Source: Oculina patagonica
Taxonomy: Eukaryota
Assembly (NCBI RefSeq): GCF_052425735.1
Contig: NC_135758.1
Location: 17,112,001-17,176,000 of the forward strand
Length of the DNA: 64,000 bases
Direction: 5' to 3'
The notes beneath the pieces were generated by a model that was not told the origin of the DNA, did not search any database, and worked only from the letters and a program-made list of their open reading frames with translations. Below, in pieces: positions 1 to 14,017 of this stretch (the first letter of the stretch is position 1; every line of letters begins with the position of its first letter). The position numbers and the translations under genes are program-made.

Positions 1-759
1 CAAAAGCCCTCTGGGCTTAGTGTCTCGTGACTTTTTTCAGAGTTTAAATTATTTGAAAATAGACTGCTTTTCACATCTATTTATTGCTTGTGAAAATATC
101 GAAAATTAAAAAGCGTGCATCTAACATAAAGAAACATTTAGACTCCATGTTAAAACACGATCAAACATATTCAATCAATCAGTCTATTACCCAACAATCA
201 GGCTTTATTTCACTTTTACCTCAAATTACAGCTAACGGTAACAGATTTAAATAGTCTTGCCCAAAACAACAAAAAGCAGCTAACCACAAGCAGTGTAGCT
301 GTGGGAAAACGCTGTATTGCACTTTGATTCATTAAGCATTTATCTGTCACATATGGTTCTTAAATATCTTAAAAAGGTCAACAAAGTCACAGATTCTCCT
401 TTGTTGTTTTGTGTTTGTAACTGATAAGAACATTTCAACCTCATGTTTCAATAAACTCACGCACACTACCAAGCAAAGCTTCATGGTTGACCTTTCGCGT
501 GTATCTATTATATCTTTGAAATCGGTTCTAATCAAAAATGGAAACGGCAAAAAAAGGTTTTCCCGACATATTGTCGGTCAACATACCTACAGTTCTGTAC
601 GGCGCAATCCTGTTTAAGACATGCTTTTCCCCTATTGCTGTACCAAAATCCTAAAACACATTGTTCTCATGGTAGCTATTATCTGTTTGACTAATATGAC
701 TAGAATGGTGGGGATCTCGTGTGATAGCTAAGAAAAACAAATAAAAAGGTTAAAAAATA

Positions 760-1312
760 CAGTCAACTCTCTCTTAACGGACACCTCTATAAGACGGACA
801 CCTCCATAAGACAGACACCTGGTGATGGTCCCTGATGTTTTTCAGTCATTTTACTGTAACCAAACTCCCTATAAGACGGACACCTCTCTAAGACGGACAA
901 CGGCACTTTGAAATCATTAACGGACACTTGAGTAGTGTTTTTTATCATGTTTTATTAGTGAAAATACCTCCAATCTTCATATCGATCTAAAGCAAAGTTA
1001 CTTACTGACCAAATACAACGACGCTTTAACGGTTACTTCTCTGCCTACGTGTATGGACACAAAAGAGGTTATTTTCTACTTACAGTATTACAGTTTGTAG
1101 AGAGAGAAAAAGAAGCGAATACAAGAAAGAGAAGCAAATACGGTCCTTTCATTATTTTAGTCTTGTTGCAGTAAGCGAAGGTTTGTTGCATTGTGCAAAG
1201 GTTTAGCTTTATTATCTCGAAATTACTGGTGTCATGTTACCTCAACTCTCCGTCTCTAAGACGGACAGTTGCCGCCGGTCCCGAAGGTGTCTGTCTTAGA
1301 GAGAGTTGACTG
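760..1312. mobile_element. Tc1/mariner-pogo-type MITE
   Basis: TIRs CAGTCAACTCTCTC...GAGAGAGTTGACTG, TA on both sides, subterminal TAAGACGGACA repeats, no ORF. Confidence 0.85.
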
Positions 1313-1741
1313 TAAACACAAGTGCAAGTGCAAACAGCATCTGTTTTGTCTAAATATGATGATCGCATTTTTCGGCATTTACTAAAAAAAGAAAATTTTG
1401 ACATGGCAGGAAAAATATTGACATGGCGGGAAAATTCCGCGGCCTCAGAAAGCAAACACGCATGGAATGCACCTTCTCCCCTGTAGTATATTCTTGTGTC
1501 TTCATGACAACGTCATGACATCACGAGACAAAAAGAAATGGTGTTTCATTTCTTAACTTTGAGGAGTTGAGAGATGGGTTTGTAAAATTTTTGAGATCCG
1601 TGGGCGGGAATGAGTATTATTGTAGAACTGCGAAGGAGTGAAGTTTTTTGCATGCATGCAATTTCCTTTACCCTTCACTTTGCTTTAAAATTTGCCCGTA
1701 ACCAGTAAATGTCAATTCTTATTCTGTGCGAGGAAATTGTC

Positions 1742-3013
1742 ATTTGACCTTTTACCTGTTTGAAATTCCATCTCTTTAGTGAATGAAACAGACAGCTTCC
1801 TTGCACCTGTTGCCCTCAAGATTTACACCAGACCACAAAGATGTTATGGTCGTTTAAGCCTTTTTCATGCTTGGAACAGCTCATATATTTAGCAGGTGAT
1901 TTAATAGATAGAAGTGGATGATTAGCTGTCTTATACTTACAGTACCGCTCGCAAATAAGCGTCCCAAAACATACGCGAAAAACGCGTATGCTTTTGCACA
2001 TACGCGCGTATGCGTATCTGCGTATATGCGTCTGCGTATGTGCGTATACTCTGTATACGCGTATGCTCATCAGTATGTATGAGCAAGCTTATTGTTTTTT
2101 CTTTTGTCCATAGTTTATTGTTCTTTGATGGCTTGCTATTTCTTCTTTTAGAGATCGCCGATTTGTACAAAATAGAAACGGAGAAATAACTTTTTCGTTA
2201 CTTGACTTACCGGCCTTACTTTTATGATAAATGTTGACGGCGCATCATATAAACTCTAATAGAACTTAGTTTCTACTCATTGGAATCACTTTTCCAGTTT
2301 GAATCGCCCATTTACGCAAAATAGAACCAGAGATATTTTTTTTCGCTTCTAAGCCGTGTCGCTTCAATAGGCAATTAATTCATAAACAGTCTCGTCGGCG
2401 CGTGCGACCCTTGTGAAGAGACCAAAAGTTTATGTTGTAAGAAATGTTAAAAAACAAGATCAATGTTGACGGCGCGTCATAAACTCTAAACTCTAAACTC
2501 AAGTCGGCAAACGAAACATTCCACATGAAAAACATCGGAGCCGTAAAGCCTTCCGTGAATATTGAATTGAAAGGCAGACTTGTGACGCGCCATCGCGTCT
2601 AGCTTGAAATGAACTTGTTTTATTTTTTTGTGAATTTAGCATAAAATTCCCAGAACCTAAATTCTTCTTGAATGAAACTTGTCTTTATTACTAACACAGA
2701 TAACGGCATCAATTGTTATTACAGCTTTAGAGGAGTTAAACAAATTTTGCTTTTTTAACGCGGCCCAGCTAAAAGAGTCCAAAAGTTGTCAAAATTTGCA
2801 TATGTCAAAAGTAATTTGACCTTTTACCTGTTTGAAATTCCATATCTTTAGTGAATGAAACAGACAGCTTCCTTGCACCTGTTGCGCTCAAGATTTACAC
2901 CAGACCACAAAGGATGTTATGGTCGTTTAAGCCTTTTTCAAATCTTGGAACAGCTCATATATTTAGCAGGTGATTTAATAGATAGAAGTGGATGATTAGC
3001 TGTCTTATACTTA
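1742..3013 (+). repeat. ~200-bp direct repeat pair (1742-1939, 2814-3013) around an ~875-bp insert
   Basis: Near-identical ATTTGACCTTTTACCTG...GTCTTATACTTA copies; insert starts TA|CAGTACCG and has a GCGTAT-rich palindromic patch at 1970-2066. Confidence 0.85.
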
Positions 3014-3383
3014 GGGGGGTACATATCATGATCATAATTGAATTCAGTTTTACCTGTCACTCAAGTGTCCAGATGATCATACAAGCTTTTGTTTCTTACC
3101 ATTTTTTTAAAACTGTCATTTGAGAATAACTGTAGTACAATATGTGTTGGCTATTTTGATTATTCCTGTTCTCTACGTTACCATTTTCTCTGTGGCATGA
3201 GTGGATCCAATTGGAGTGGATCCACTTTTTCTTTTCTGTTTACATTCATTTCAACAAGACACATTTGGCTCTCAAGAATTAGAAAGACATTTCTGGTAAG
3301 TAAAAATGCATATGTTTATTATGGTTCAAACTTTTGTTTAATTTGGTTTGCTTCTCCCTACTCCCTGGATGTTTTTACGTACT

Positions 3384-4231
3384 CATTATTTAATATTCCA
3401 AGTGCATATTATTTTTCTGTTGGCTTTTTTTATATGATAATTTTAAGTGCATGCTATTTTGCTGTTTTTGATATTTGTACATGATAATTTGGGCATGCTA
3501 TTTTACTACCGGGTATTATTCAAGGCTCTCAGGAATAAGAAAGACAGTTCTGGTGAGTAAAAATGCATATGTTTATTATGGTTAAAGCTTTTTTTGCTTT
3601 TGCTATTGGGTATTTGTACATGATAAAATATTTTCAGTTCATAATTTTTTTACTATAATAAATTATTGAGTATTTGTGCATGACAAATTTAAGTTCATGC
3701 TTTTTTTACTACGTAAAGGGTATTTTTAAAAGTACATGTATGCTATTTTCTACCTGATACATATTTTGCTATTGGGTGTTTGTACATGATTACTTTAAGT
3801 TCGTGTTTGTTTTACTATTGGGTTGTTTTACATGACAATTTTAAGTACGGTACATGTTATCTTACTATTCTGGTATATGATACCGGTAATTTAAAATGTG
3901 TGCTATTACCATTCGGTATATGATAATCTTTTAGTGCACGCAATTTTACTGTTTTGGATATTTGTACATGATATTTTAATGTGCCTGCTTTTAAACTATT
4001 CAGGGTATTTGTACGTGGCAAGTTTAAGTTCATACTTTATTTCACTATCGGGTATTTTTACATCATGACAATTTTAAGTACATTGTATTTTACCATTTAG
4101 TATATAACAATTTTTTAAATGCATGCCATTTTACTATTCGTTATATGATAATTTCAAATGCTTGCTTTTTTTAATATTCGGTATATATGATAATTTTATG
4201 TACATATTTTCTACTAAAGTGCATGCTATTT
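3384..4231 (+). repeat. Degenerate ~35-40-bp AT-rich minisatellite
   Basis: Recurrent TATTTGTACATGATAATTTTAAGTGCATGCTATTTTACTATT-like units. Confidence 0.7.
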
Positions 4232-4528
4232 TTGCGTTCAACGGTAGGAGAATGCATCCTAATCTTGTGGTGGCCTGTGGTCCCCTGGTTGTCCTGTGAA
4301 CGCGCAAGCGAAAGTCTTTCTATGTGTCCTTCTATGTATGTCGGTATGTGGCAGGATGGCCTCGATCTCATGCGAAAGTTGCATCACAGCAATGTCAACA
4401 ATGACATAAAGCCGCAAAGACAGCGCGCGCAAAACAATTCATTAAGCCGATACCGCTTGGCTGTAAACAATTTTTGCGTTCGACGGTAGGACAACGGATC
4501 CTAATCTTGTGTTGGCCTGTGGTCCTGT

Positions 4529-7500
4529 GGTTTAAAACGTTGTTAATTCGATTCGAACCCATCGATTCGAGACACTTTGTCTGCCTTGATCTCTACTGGA
4601 CATACCGGAATTGAAGTCAACTTGGCAAAAATGAGGGTTTAAAACGGTGTTAATTCGATTCAAACCCATCGATTCGAGACACTTTGTCTGCCTTGATCTC
4701 TACCCGACATACCGGAATTGAAGTCAACTTGGCAAAAATGAGGGTTTAAAACGGTGTTAATTCCATTCGAACCCATCGATTCGAGACACTTTGTCTGCCT
4801 TGATCTCTACCCAACATACCGGAATTGAAGTCAACTTGGCAAAAATGAGGGTTTAAAACGGTGTTAATTCGATTTGAACCCATCGATTCGAGACACTTTG
4901 TCTGCCTTGATCTCTACCCGACATACCGGAATTGAAGTCAACTTGGCAAAAATGAGGGTTTAAAACGGTGTTAATTCGATTCGAACCCATCGATTCGAGA
5001 CACTTTGTCTGCCTTGATCTCTACCCAACATACCGGAATTGAAGTCAACTTGGCAAAAATGAGGGTTTAAAACGGTGTTAATTCGATTCGAACCCATCGA
5101 TTCGAAACACTTTGTCGTCTTTGATCTCTACCCAACATACCAGAAGTCAACTTGGCAAAAATGAGGGTTTTAAACGGTGTTAATTCGATTCAAACCCATC
5201 GATTCGAGACACTTTGTCTGCCTTGATCTCTACCCGACATACCGGAATTGAAGTCAACTTGGCAAAAATGAGGGTTTAAAACGTTAATTCGATTCGAGAC
5301 TATTTGTCGTCCTTGATCTCTACCCAACATACCAGAAGTCAACTTGACAAAAATGAGGGTTAAACACGTTGTTAATTCGATTCGAACCCATCGATTCGAG
5401 ACGCGTTGTCTGCCTTGATCTCTACCTAACATACCGTAAGTCAACTTGGCAAAAATGAGGGTTTAAAACGTTAATTCGATTCGAGACTATTTGTCGGCCT
5501 TCATCTCTACCCAACATACCGTAAGTCAACTTGGCAAAAATAAGGGTTTAAAACGTTAATTCGATTCGAGACTATTTGTCGGTCTTGATCTCTACCCGAC
5601 ATACCGGAAGTCAACTTGTAAAAAATGAGGGTTAAAAACGTTGTTAATTCGATTCGAACCAATCGATTCGAGATGCTTTGTCTGCCTTGATCTCTACCCA
5701 ACATACTGGAAGTAATTCGATTCAAGACTATTTGTTGGCCTCAATCTCTTCCCGACAAACCAGAAGTCAACTTGACAAAAATGAGGGTTAAAAACGTTGT
5801 TAATTCGATTCGAACCCATCGATTCGAGACACTTTGTCTGCCTTGATCTCTACCCGACATACCGGAATTGAAGTCAACTTGGCAAAAATGAGGGTTTAAA
5901 ACGTTAATTTGATTCGAGACTATTTGTCGTCCTTGATCTCTACCCAACATACCAGAAGTCAACTTGACAAAAATGAGGGTTTAAAACGGTGTTAATTCGA
6001 TTCGAACCCATCGATTCGAGACACTTTGTCTGCCTTGATCTCTACCCGACATACCGGAATTGAAGTCAACTTGGCAAAAATGAGGGTTAAAAACGTTGTT
6101 AATTCGATTCAAACCCATCGATTCGAGACACTTTGTCTGCCTTGATCTCTACCCGACATACCGGAATTGAAGTCAACTTGGCAAAAATGAGGGTTTAAAA
6201 CGTTAATTTGATTCGAGACTATTTGTCGTCCTTGATCTCTACCCAACATACCAGAAGTCAACTTGACAAAAATGAGGGTTAAACACGTTGTTTATTCGAT
6301 TCGAACCCATCCATTCGAGACGCGTTGTCTGCCTTGATCTCTACCTAACATACCGTAAGTCAACTTGGCAAAAATGAGGGTTTAAAACGTTAATTCGATT
6401 CGAGACTATTTGTCGGCCTTCATCTCTACCCAACATACCGTAAGTCAACTTGGCAAAAATAAGGGTTTAAAACGTTAATTCGATTCGAGACTATTTGTCG
6501 GTCTTGATCTCTACCCGACATACCGGAAGTCAACTTGTAAAAAATGAGGGTTAAAAACGTTGTTAATTCGATTGGAACCAATCGATTCGAGATGCTTTGT
6601 CTGCCTTGATCTGTACCCAACATACTGGAAGTAATTCGATTCAAGACTATTTGTTGGCCTCGATCTCTTCCCGACAAACCAGAAGTCAACTTGACAAAAA
6701 TGAAGGTTAAAAACGTTGTTAATTCGATTCGAACCCATCGATTCGAGACGCGTTGTCTGCCTTGATCTCTACCTAACATACCGTAAGTCAACTTGGCAAA
6801 AATGAGGGTTTAAAACGTTAATTCAATTCGAGACTATTTGTCGGCCTTCATCTCTACCCAACATACCGTAAGTCAACTTGGCAAAAATAAGGGTTTAAAA
6901 CGTTAATTCGATTCAAGACTATTTGTCGGTCTTGATCTCTACCCGACATACCGGAAGTCAACTTGTAAAAAATGAGGGTTAAAAACGTTGTTAATTCGAT
7001 TCGAACCAATCGATTCGAGATGCTTTGTCTGCCTTGATCTCTACCCAACATACTGGAAGTAATTCGATTCAAGACTATTTGTTGGCCTCGATCTCTTCCC
7101 GACAAACCAGAAGTCAACTTGACAAAAATGAGGGTTAAAAACGTTGTTAATTTGATTCGAACCCATCGATTCGAGACACTTTGTCTGCCTTGATATCTAC
7201 CCGACATACCGGAATTGAAGTCAACTTGGCAAAAATGAGAGTTTAAAACGTTAATTCGATTCCAGACTATTTGTCTGCCTTGATCTCTACCCGACATACC
7301 GGAATTGAAGTCAACTTGGCAAAAATGAGGGTTAAAAACGTTGTTAATTCGATTCAAACCCATCGATTCGAGACACTTTGTCTGCCTTGATCTCTACCCG
7401 ACATACCGGAATTGAAGTCAACTTGGCAAACATGAGGGTTTAAAACGTAAATTTGATTCGAGACTATTTGTCGTCCTTGATCTCTACCCAACATACCAGA

Positions 7501-10500
7501 AGTCAACTTGACAAAAATGAGGGTTAAACACGTTGTTAATTCGATTCGAACCCATCGATTCAAGACGCGTTGTCTGCCTTGATCTCTACCTAACATACCG
7601 TAAGTCAACTTGGCAAAAATGAGGGTTTAAAACGTTAATTCGATTCGAGACTATTTGTCGGCCTTCATCTCTACCCAACATACCGTAAGTCAACTTGGCA
7701 AAAATGAGGGTTTAAAACGTTAATTCGATTCGAGACTATTTGTCTGTCTTGATCTCTACCCAACATACCGGAAGTCAACTTGTAAAAAATGAGGGTTAAA
7801 AACGTTGTTAATTCGATTCAAACCCATCGATTCGAGACACTTTGTCTGCCTTGATCTCTACCCGACATACCGGAATTGAAGTCAACTTGGCAAAAATGAG
7901 GGTTTAAAACGTTAATTCGATTCCAGACTATTTGTCGTCCTTGATCTCTACCCGACATACCAGAAGTCAACTTGACAAAAATGAGGGTTAAAAACGTTGT
8001 TAATTCGATTCGAACCCATCGATTCGAGACGCTTTGTCTGCCTTGATCTCTACCTAACGTACCGTAAGTCAACTTAGCAAAAATGAGGGTTTAAAACGTT
8101 AATTCGATTCGAGACTATTTGTCGGCCTTGATCTCTACCCGACATACCGGAAGTCAACTTGACAAAAATGAGGGTTTAAAACGTTAATTCCATTCGAGAC
8201 TATTTGTCTGCCTTGATCTCTACCCAACATACCGAAAGTCAACTTGGCAAAAATGAGGGTTTAAAACATTGTTAATTCGATTTGAACCAATCGATTCGAG
8301 ACGATTTGTTTGCCTTGATCTCTACCCAACATACCGGAAGTCACTTTGGCAAAAATGGAGGTTTAAAACGTTAATTCGATTCGAGACTATTTGTCGGTCT
8401 TGATCTCTACCCGACATACCGGAAGTCAACTTGTAAAAAATGAGGGTTAAAAATGTTGTTACTTCGATTCGAACCAATCGATTCGAGATGCTTTGTCTGC
8501 CTTGATCTCTACCCAACATACTGGAAGTAATTCGATTCAAGACTATTTGTTGGCCTCGATCTCTTCCCGACAAACCAGAAGTCAACTTGACAAAAATGAG
8601 GGTTAAAAACGTTGTTAATTCGATTCGAACCCATTGATTTGAGACAATTTGTCTGCCTTGATCTCTACCCAACATACCGGAAGTCAACTTGGCAAAAATG
8701 AGGGTTAAAAACGTTGTTAATTTGATTCGAACCCATCGATTCGAGACGCTTTGTCTGCCTTGGTCTCTACCCAACATACCGTAAGTCAACTTAGCAAAAA
8801 TGAGGGTTTAAAACGTTAATTCGATTCGAGACTATTTGTTGGCCTTAATCTCTACCCGACATACCGGAAGTCAACTTGACAAAAATGAGGGTTAAAAACA
8901 TTGTTAATTTGATTCGAACCCATCGATTCGAGACGCTTTGTCTGCCTTGGTCTCTACCCAACATACCGTAAGTCAACTTGGCAAAAATGAGGGTTTAAAA
9001 CGTTAATTCGATTCGAGACTATTTGTCGGTCTTGATCTCTACCGGACATACCGGAAGTCAACTTGTAAAAAATGAGGGTTAAAAACGTTGTTAATTCGAT
9101 TCGAACCAATCGATTCGAGATGCTTTGTCTGCCTTGATCTCTACCCAACATACTGGAAGTAATTCGATTCAAGACTATTTGTTGGCCTCGATCTCTTCCC
9201 GACAAACCAGAAGTCAACTTGACAAAAATGAGGGTTAAAAACGTTGTTAATTCGATTCGAACCCATCGATTCGAGACGCTTTGTCTGCCTTGATCTCTAC
9301 CTAACGTACCGTAAGTCAACTTAGCAAAAATGAGGGTTTAAAACGTTAATTCGATTCGAGACTATTTGTCGGCCTTGATCTCTACCCGACATACCGGAAG
9401 TCAACTTGACAAAAATGAGGGTTTAAAACGTTAATTCCATTCGAGACTATTTGTCTGCCTTGATCTCTACCCAACATACCGAAAGTCAACTTGGCAAAAA
9501 TGAGGGTTTAAAACATTGTTAATTCGATTTGAACCAATCGATTCGAGACGATTTGTTTGCCTTGATCTCTACCCAACATACCGGAAGTCACTTTGGCAAA
9601 AATGGAGGTTTAAAACGTTAATTCGATTCGAGACTATTTGTCGGTCTTGATCTCTACCCGACATACCGGAAGTCAACTTGTAAAAAATGAGGGTTAAAAA
9701 TGTTGTTACTTCGATTCGAACCAATCGATTCGAGATGCTTTGTCTGCCTTGATCTCTACCCAACATACTGGAAGTAATTCGATTCAAGACTATTTGTTGG
9801 CCTCGATCTCTTCCCGACAAACCAGAAGTCAACTTGACAAAAATGAGGGTTAAAAACGTTGTTAATTCGATTCGAACCATTGAGACAATTGTCTGCCTGA
9901 TCTCTACCCAACATACCGGAAGTCAACTTGGCAAAAATGAGGGTTAAAAACGTTTTTTTGATCGAACCCATCGAGGACGTTTGTCTGCCTTGGTCCTACC
10001 CACATACCGAGTCAACTAGCAAAAATGAGGGTTTAAACGTCGACGAACTATTTGTTGCCTTGATCCACCCGACATACCGGAAGTCAACTTGACAAAAATG
10101 AGGGTTAAAAACATTGTTAATTTGATTCGAACCCATCGATTCGAGACGCTTTGTCTGCCTTGGTCTCTACCCAACATACCGTAAGTCAACTTGGCAAAAA
10201 TGAGGGTTTAAAACGTTAATTCGATTCGAGACTATTTGTCGGTCTTGATCTCTACCGGACATACCGGAAGTCAACTTGTAAAAAATGAGGGTTAAAAACG
10301 TTGTTAATTCGATTCGAACCAATCGATTCGAGATGCTTTGTCTGCCTTGATCTCTACCCAACATACTGGAAGTAATTCGATTCAAGACTATTTGTTGGCC
10401 TCGATCTCTTCCCGACAAACCAGAAGTCAACTTGACAAAAATGAGGGTTAAAAACGTTGTTAATTCGATTCGAACCAATCGATTCGAGATGCTTTGTCTG

Positions 10501-10940
10501 CCTTGATCTCTACCCAACATCCTGGAAGTAATTCGATTCAAGACTATTTGTTGGCCTCGATCTCTTCCCGACAAACCAGAAGTCAACTTGACAAAAATGA
10601 GGGTTAAAAACGTTGTTAATTCGATTCGAACCAATCGATTCGAGACAATTTGTCTGCCTTGATCTCTACCCAACATACCGGAAGTCAACTTGGCAAAAAT
10701 GAGGGTTTAAAAAGTTGTTTTATTTGATTCGAACCACTCGATTCAAGACGTTTTGTCTGCCTTGATCTCTACCAACATACGGGAAATCAACGTGGCAAAA
10801 ATGAGGGTTAAGAATGTTGTTTATTTGGTTCGAACTGATTGATTCAAGACGATTTGTCTGCCTTGATCTCTACCCACATACCAGAAGTCAACTTGGCAAA
10901 AAGGAGGGTTAAATACTATTCAAACTGATTGATTCAAGAC
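4529..10940 (+). repeat. Satellite array with higher-order structure (monomers ~54/85/90/102/107 bp)
   Basis: Tandem AAGTCAACTTGGCAAAAATGAGGGTT...TTCGATTCGAGAC...CTTGATCTCTACCCRACATACC units; the overlapping minus-strand ORFs are repeat translations. Confidence 0.97.
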
Positions 10941-11002
10941 GAATTCTTCAGAAAATGGTCAAACTCTTCAGAAATTTCATATCTCCGTGCAACTATGTAA
11001 TA

Positions 11003-11187
11003 CAGTGGAACCTCGATATAACGATGTGCCAAGGGACTGGCAAATTAAAATGTGTTCGCTGTTAATAACGAGGTTTTGTTATATCAAGGTTCTTTTCCAT
11101 ACATTTTACTATTACTGGGGCGAAGAATATCATTCGTTACATCGAGGACTTCGCTATATAGAGGTTCGTTAAATCGAGGTTCCACTG
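11003..11187. mobile_element. pogo/Tigger-type MITE
   Basis: TIRs CAGTGGAACCTCGAT...ATCGAGGTTCCACTG, TA on both sides. Confidence 0.9.
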
Positions 11188-11399
11188 TATACTCCATGTA
11201 TTCAAACTGTCTGTTTTTTATATAACTCTCTTCTCCTTGCTGTGTTCTTTGTTTTCTCAATAGTTTTCAGGTTGTTTTTGCCTGGATCACCTGGATGGCA
11301 ATCTATCCATCTGACTGGTGCTATTTCTGGATATATATCTGTTAAAGGTAAGGTATGGCTACACTGGAATATTTTAGTTTTCTGGAATAAAATTTGTCA

Positions 11400-14017
11400 C
11401 TTTTGTGAGGCCCCGTAGTTTTAAAGACAACATCTTGTCAAAGAGCAATTTTTTATTTGAATAAGTTAATTGGGAATTAATGTGGTAAACGTATACACAG
11501 AATAAGAGTATGGTAAATCTTATTGTGAATAGCAACCGACAACTTTACCTTAATGAAGCATTTTTTTTTTTTTTTCAGAATCAACCTTGCAGAGACTTGG
11601 GGACCGTCGACTTAAATGTACATGTATGTACAAGTGCACTCAGCTTATACACAAGTCTTTACGATAATTAAATTTTATAATGGAACACAAGTTAACAATC
11701 TGTAATTTTAAAATTTAGAGAGCAATCTCTTCTCTGAAAATCTGTAAATTATATTCCATAATCCTTGAACCCTAACAGGGCCTCTTTTGTGTCTGTTTAC
11801 AGCTTGAATGAATCATCATTGTAAATTGCACCTCAAAAGAAGAGAAGACCCCAAGAATGAGAAGGGTTTGTTGTATCAAAATGGCAACAATGAAAACGTA
11901 AGTATACAATTGTAACAACATTGCACACTGGCTCTTTAATTTGCAGTATAATGCTTTTTGAAGTGTCGTTGCGGTGGTTTCGTTTTGTTGTTTTGGGTTT
12001 TGGTACATGCCCAGTTTGTTAACCTTGACTTTTCTTGAAAATATCACCAAATTGATTTAGTCACCCTTCTAAAAGTTTTGTAAACACAAAACAGTGCTGG
12101 AAATTACTGTCGGTCATCGGACATTGTCCGATCAAATATGCCAAAATGTCCGGCCAATTTTGCAATATGTTCCGACATGATGTCCGAGAACTTACGTGAC
12201 TGTGTCTTGGAAAATTTAATGTGTTTGATTTAAAATGCAAATTGATGTCCGACCAATTTTCTAATATGTCCGTTCAAAATAAAAGTTTGGAAGGACACAT
12301 GTTCTTTTAAGTAAGAACAATTATTTCCAGCACTGCAAAATTATTATGTTTTTTTAAATCCAACTGGTAAATGTGCCCAGTAGTTTCCTCCTTGCCTTAA
12401 GACTAAAGCTTGTGTTATTTTGTTTCATGAATTTTGAAACAGTAGCAATGACTGTAGTCTAATTTAAATCACCTGAAACAGTCACCTTCAGCAAAGTCAC
12501 TGGTTGCTAATTATCAAAGAGCTACATTTATTTAAACGTAAGAATATCTTTGATTACTTTTCAGACAAGAGAAGAAGTGTAAATCTATCAAGCATGTTCC
12601 TATTCCTGTCCCACAAAAAGGAGTTGACAAGCATTTTTGGACTAGTACTGTTGAGCTGCAGATTGTTTGGACAATGTTTTCGAGCTGTAATAGCGGAAAG
12701 GTAAACTGAAATGTTGGCAGTTTTCTGTTTCATATTTGTTTTTGAGGAGAAGGGTCAGAGGGCTTAATGTTTTACAGTATTAGGTAAAGGGATTAGTGAA
12801 CACATGATGCATAATCTAAACAAGACTGCATTGATCAAAACCCTTTCTTCTTCCTAATCTCCTGGAAAAAACTTCTGACTTTGTGTGGCCCTGTTAGGGG
12901 GTCAGTCAATAATCCATAATCCTCTAGGTAAACTATGGAAATAATTCATATCCCAATTAAAAATAATAACCCTAAAAGTGATGACTGATAATAATCTGTA
13001 CTTAAATTTGTAACATACATGTAATCTGTGGTCCTTTGTAATAAAGAAAACATCTCGTCAAAAGATCGGGCTAAAGCATCTCTTTTTGATAAAACTCAGG
13101 GAATTTGAGTGAATAGATATTAGCTTCAAAAGGTAATTTGAGATTTGATTAATGTAGTAAACGCACATCATAAAATTAAATCTTATTGTGCATATAGCAA
13201 CCAACCACTTTAACTTAGCATTCTTAATTTTTTTTCAGAATCAACCTTGAAAGTTGGGAGTGCAGCTTATACACAAGTCCTTACGGTAATTTTATAATGG
13301 AACACAAAATTAATAATCCGTAATTTTTACATTTAGTGAGCAGTCTCTTCTCTGAATACCCCATATATTCCATAATCCTAAAACCCTAACAGGGCCTCTT
13401 TTGTGTCTGTTTACAGCAGTGAGCTTGAATCATCATTGTAAATTGCACTTGAAAAGAAGAGAAGACAGTTCATGTCCCGATACATTTTGTTGCATGTGTA
13501 CATATTTTGATTTTGCCCCTTCTACATGTCCCCACTACACCTCCTGCTTGACATGTCCCTTCAGTGTGAAGAACACATGATTTTGTCGCTGCTACATGTC
13601 GTAATATGTAATATGTCTGCGTGTTGTCCACATGTGTGCATGCAGAGACCTTTTAAGACCTTAAATAAGCTTGTGTTGTTTTGTTTTATGAATTTTGAAA
13701 CAGTAGAAATTGAACAAAGTTTATTAATCACCTGAAACAGTCACCGTCTGCCAAGCCACTGGTTGCTAATTATCACAGAGCTACAATAAGCTTTAGTACA
13801 TATTTGATTACTTTTCAGTCTTGAGAAGAAGTGTAAATCCATATCTAGCATGCATTGATCCTCCTATTACTGTCGAGATGCAGATTGCTTGGACGTGCTT
13901 TTGAGCTATAAGCAGGTGGAAAGATAACCTGAAATTTTGGCAGTTTTTAATTTTTTACAGTATTGCATGGGTAAAGGGATTAGTGAACATATAAAATAAA
14001 ACTGCTTTGATCAAAAC
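11400..14017 (+). repeat. Diverged tandem segmental duplication (~11400-12842 vs ~13025-14017)
   Basis: Shared blocks TTTTTCAGAATCAACCTTG, CCCTAACAGGGCCTCTTTTGTGTCTGTTTACAGC, CCTGAAACAGTCACC, GGTAAAGGGATTAGTGAACA; each copy carries different insertions. Confidence 0.85.
12092..12335. mobile_element. MITE with CAG termini and 5-bp TSD (hAT5-like)
   Basis: TIR CAGTGCTGGAAAT...ATTTCCAGCACTG; CAAAA directly on both sides; TGTCCGA subterminal repeats. Confidence 0.8.

Noticed and set aside
1742-3013. LTR/TRIM retroelement
   Set aside because: Repeats lack TG..CA ends; no PBS, PPT or TSD seen.
9880-10070. Divergent satellite subfamily
   Set aside because: Scattered short deletions relative to the matching block at ~8630-8860 look like read errors.
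4529-10940. CRISPR array or repeat-protein gene
   Set aside because: No unique spacers, no cas genes, eukaryotic context; ORFs shift frame with monomer length.
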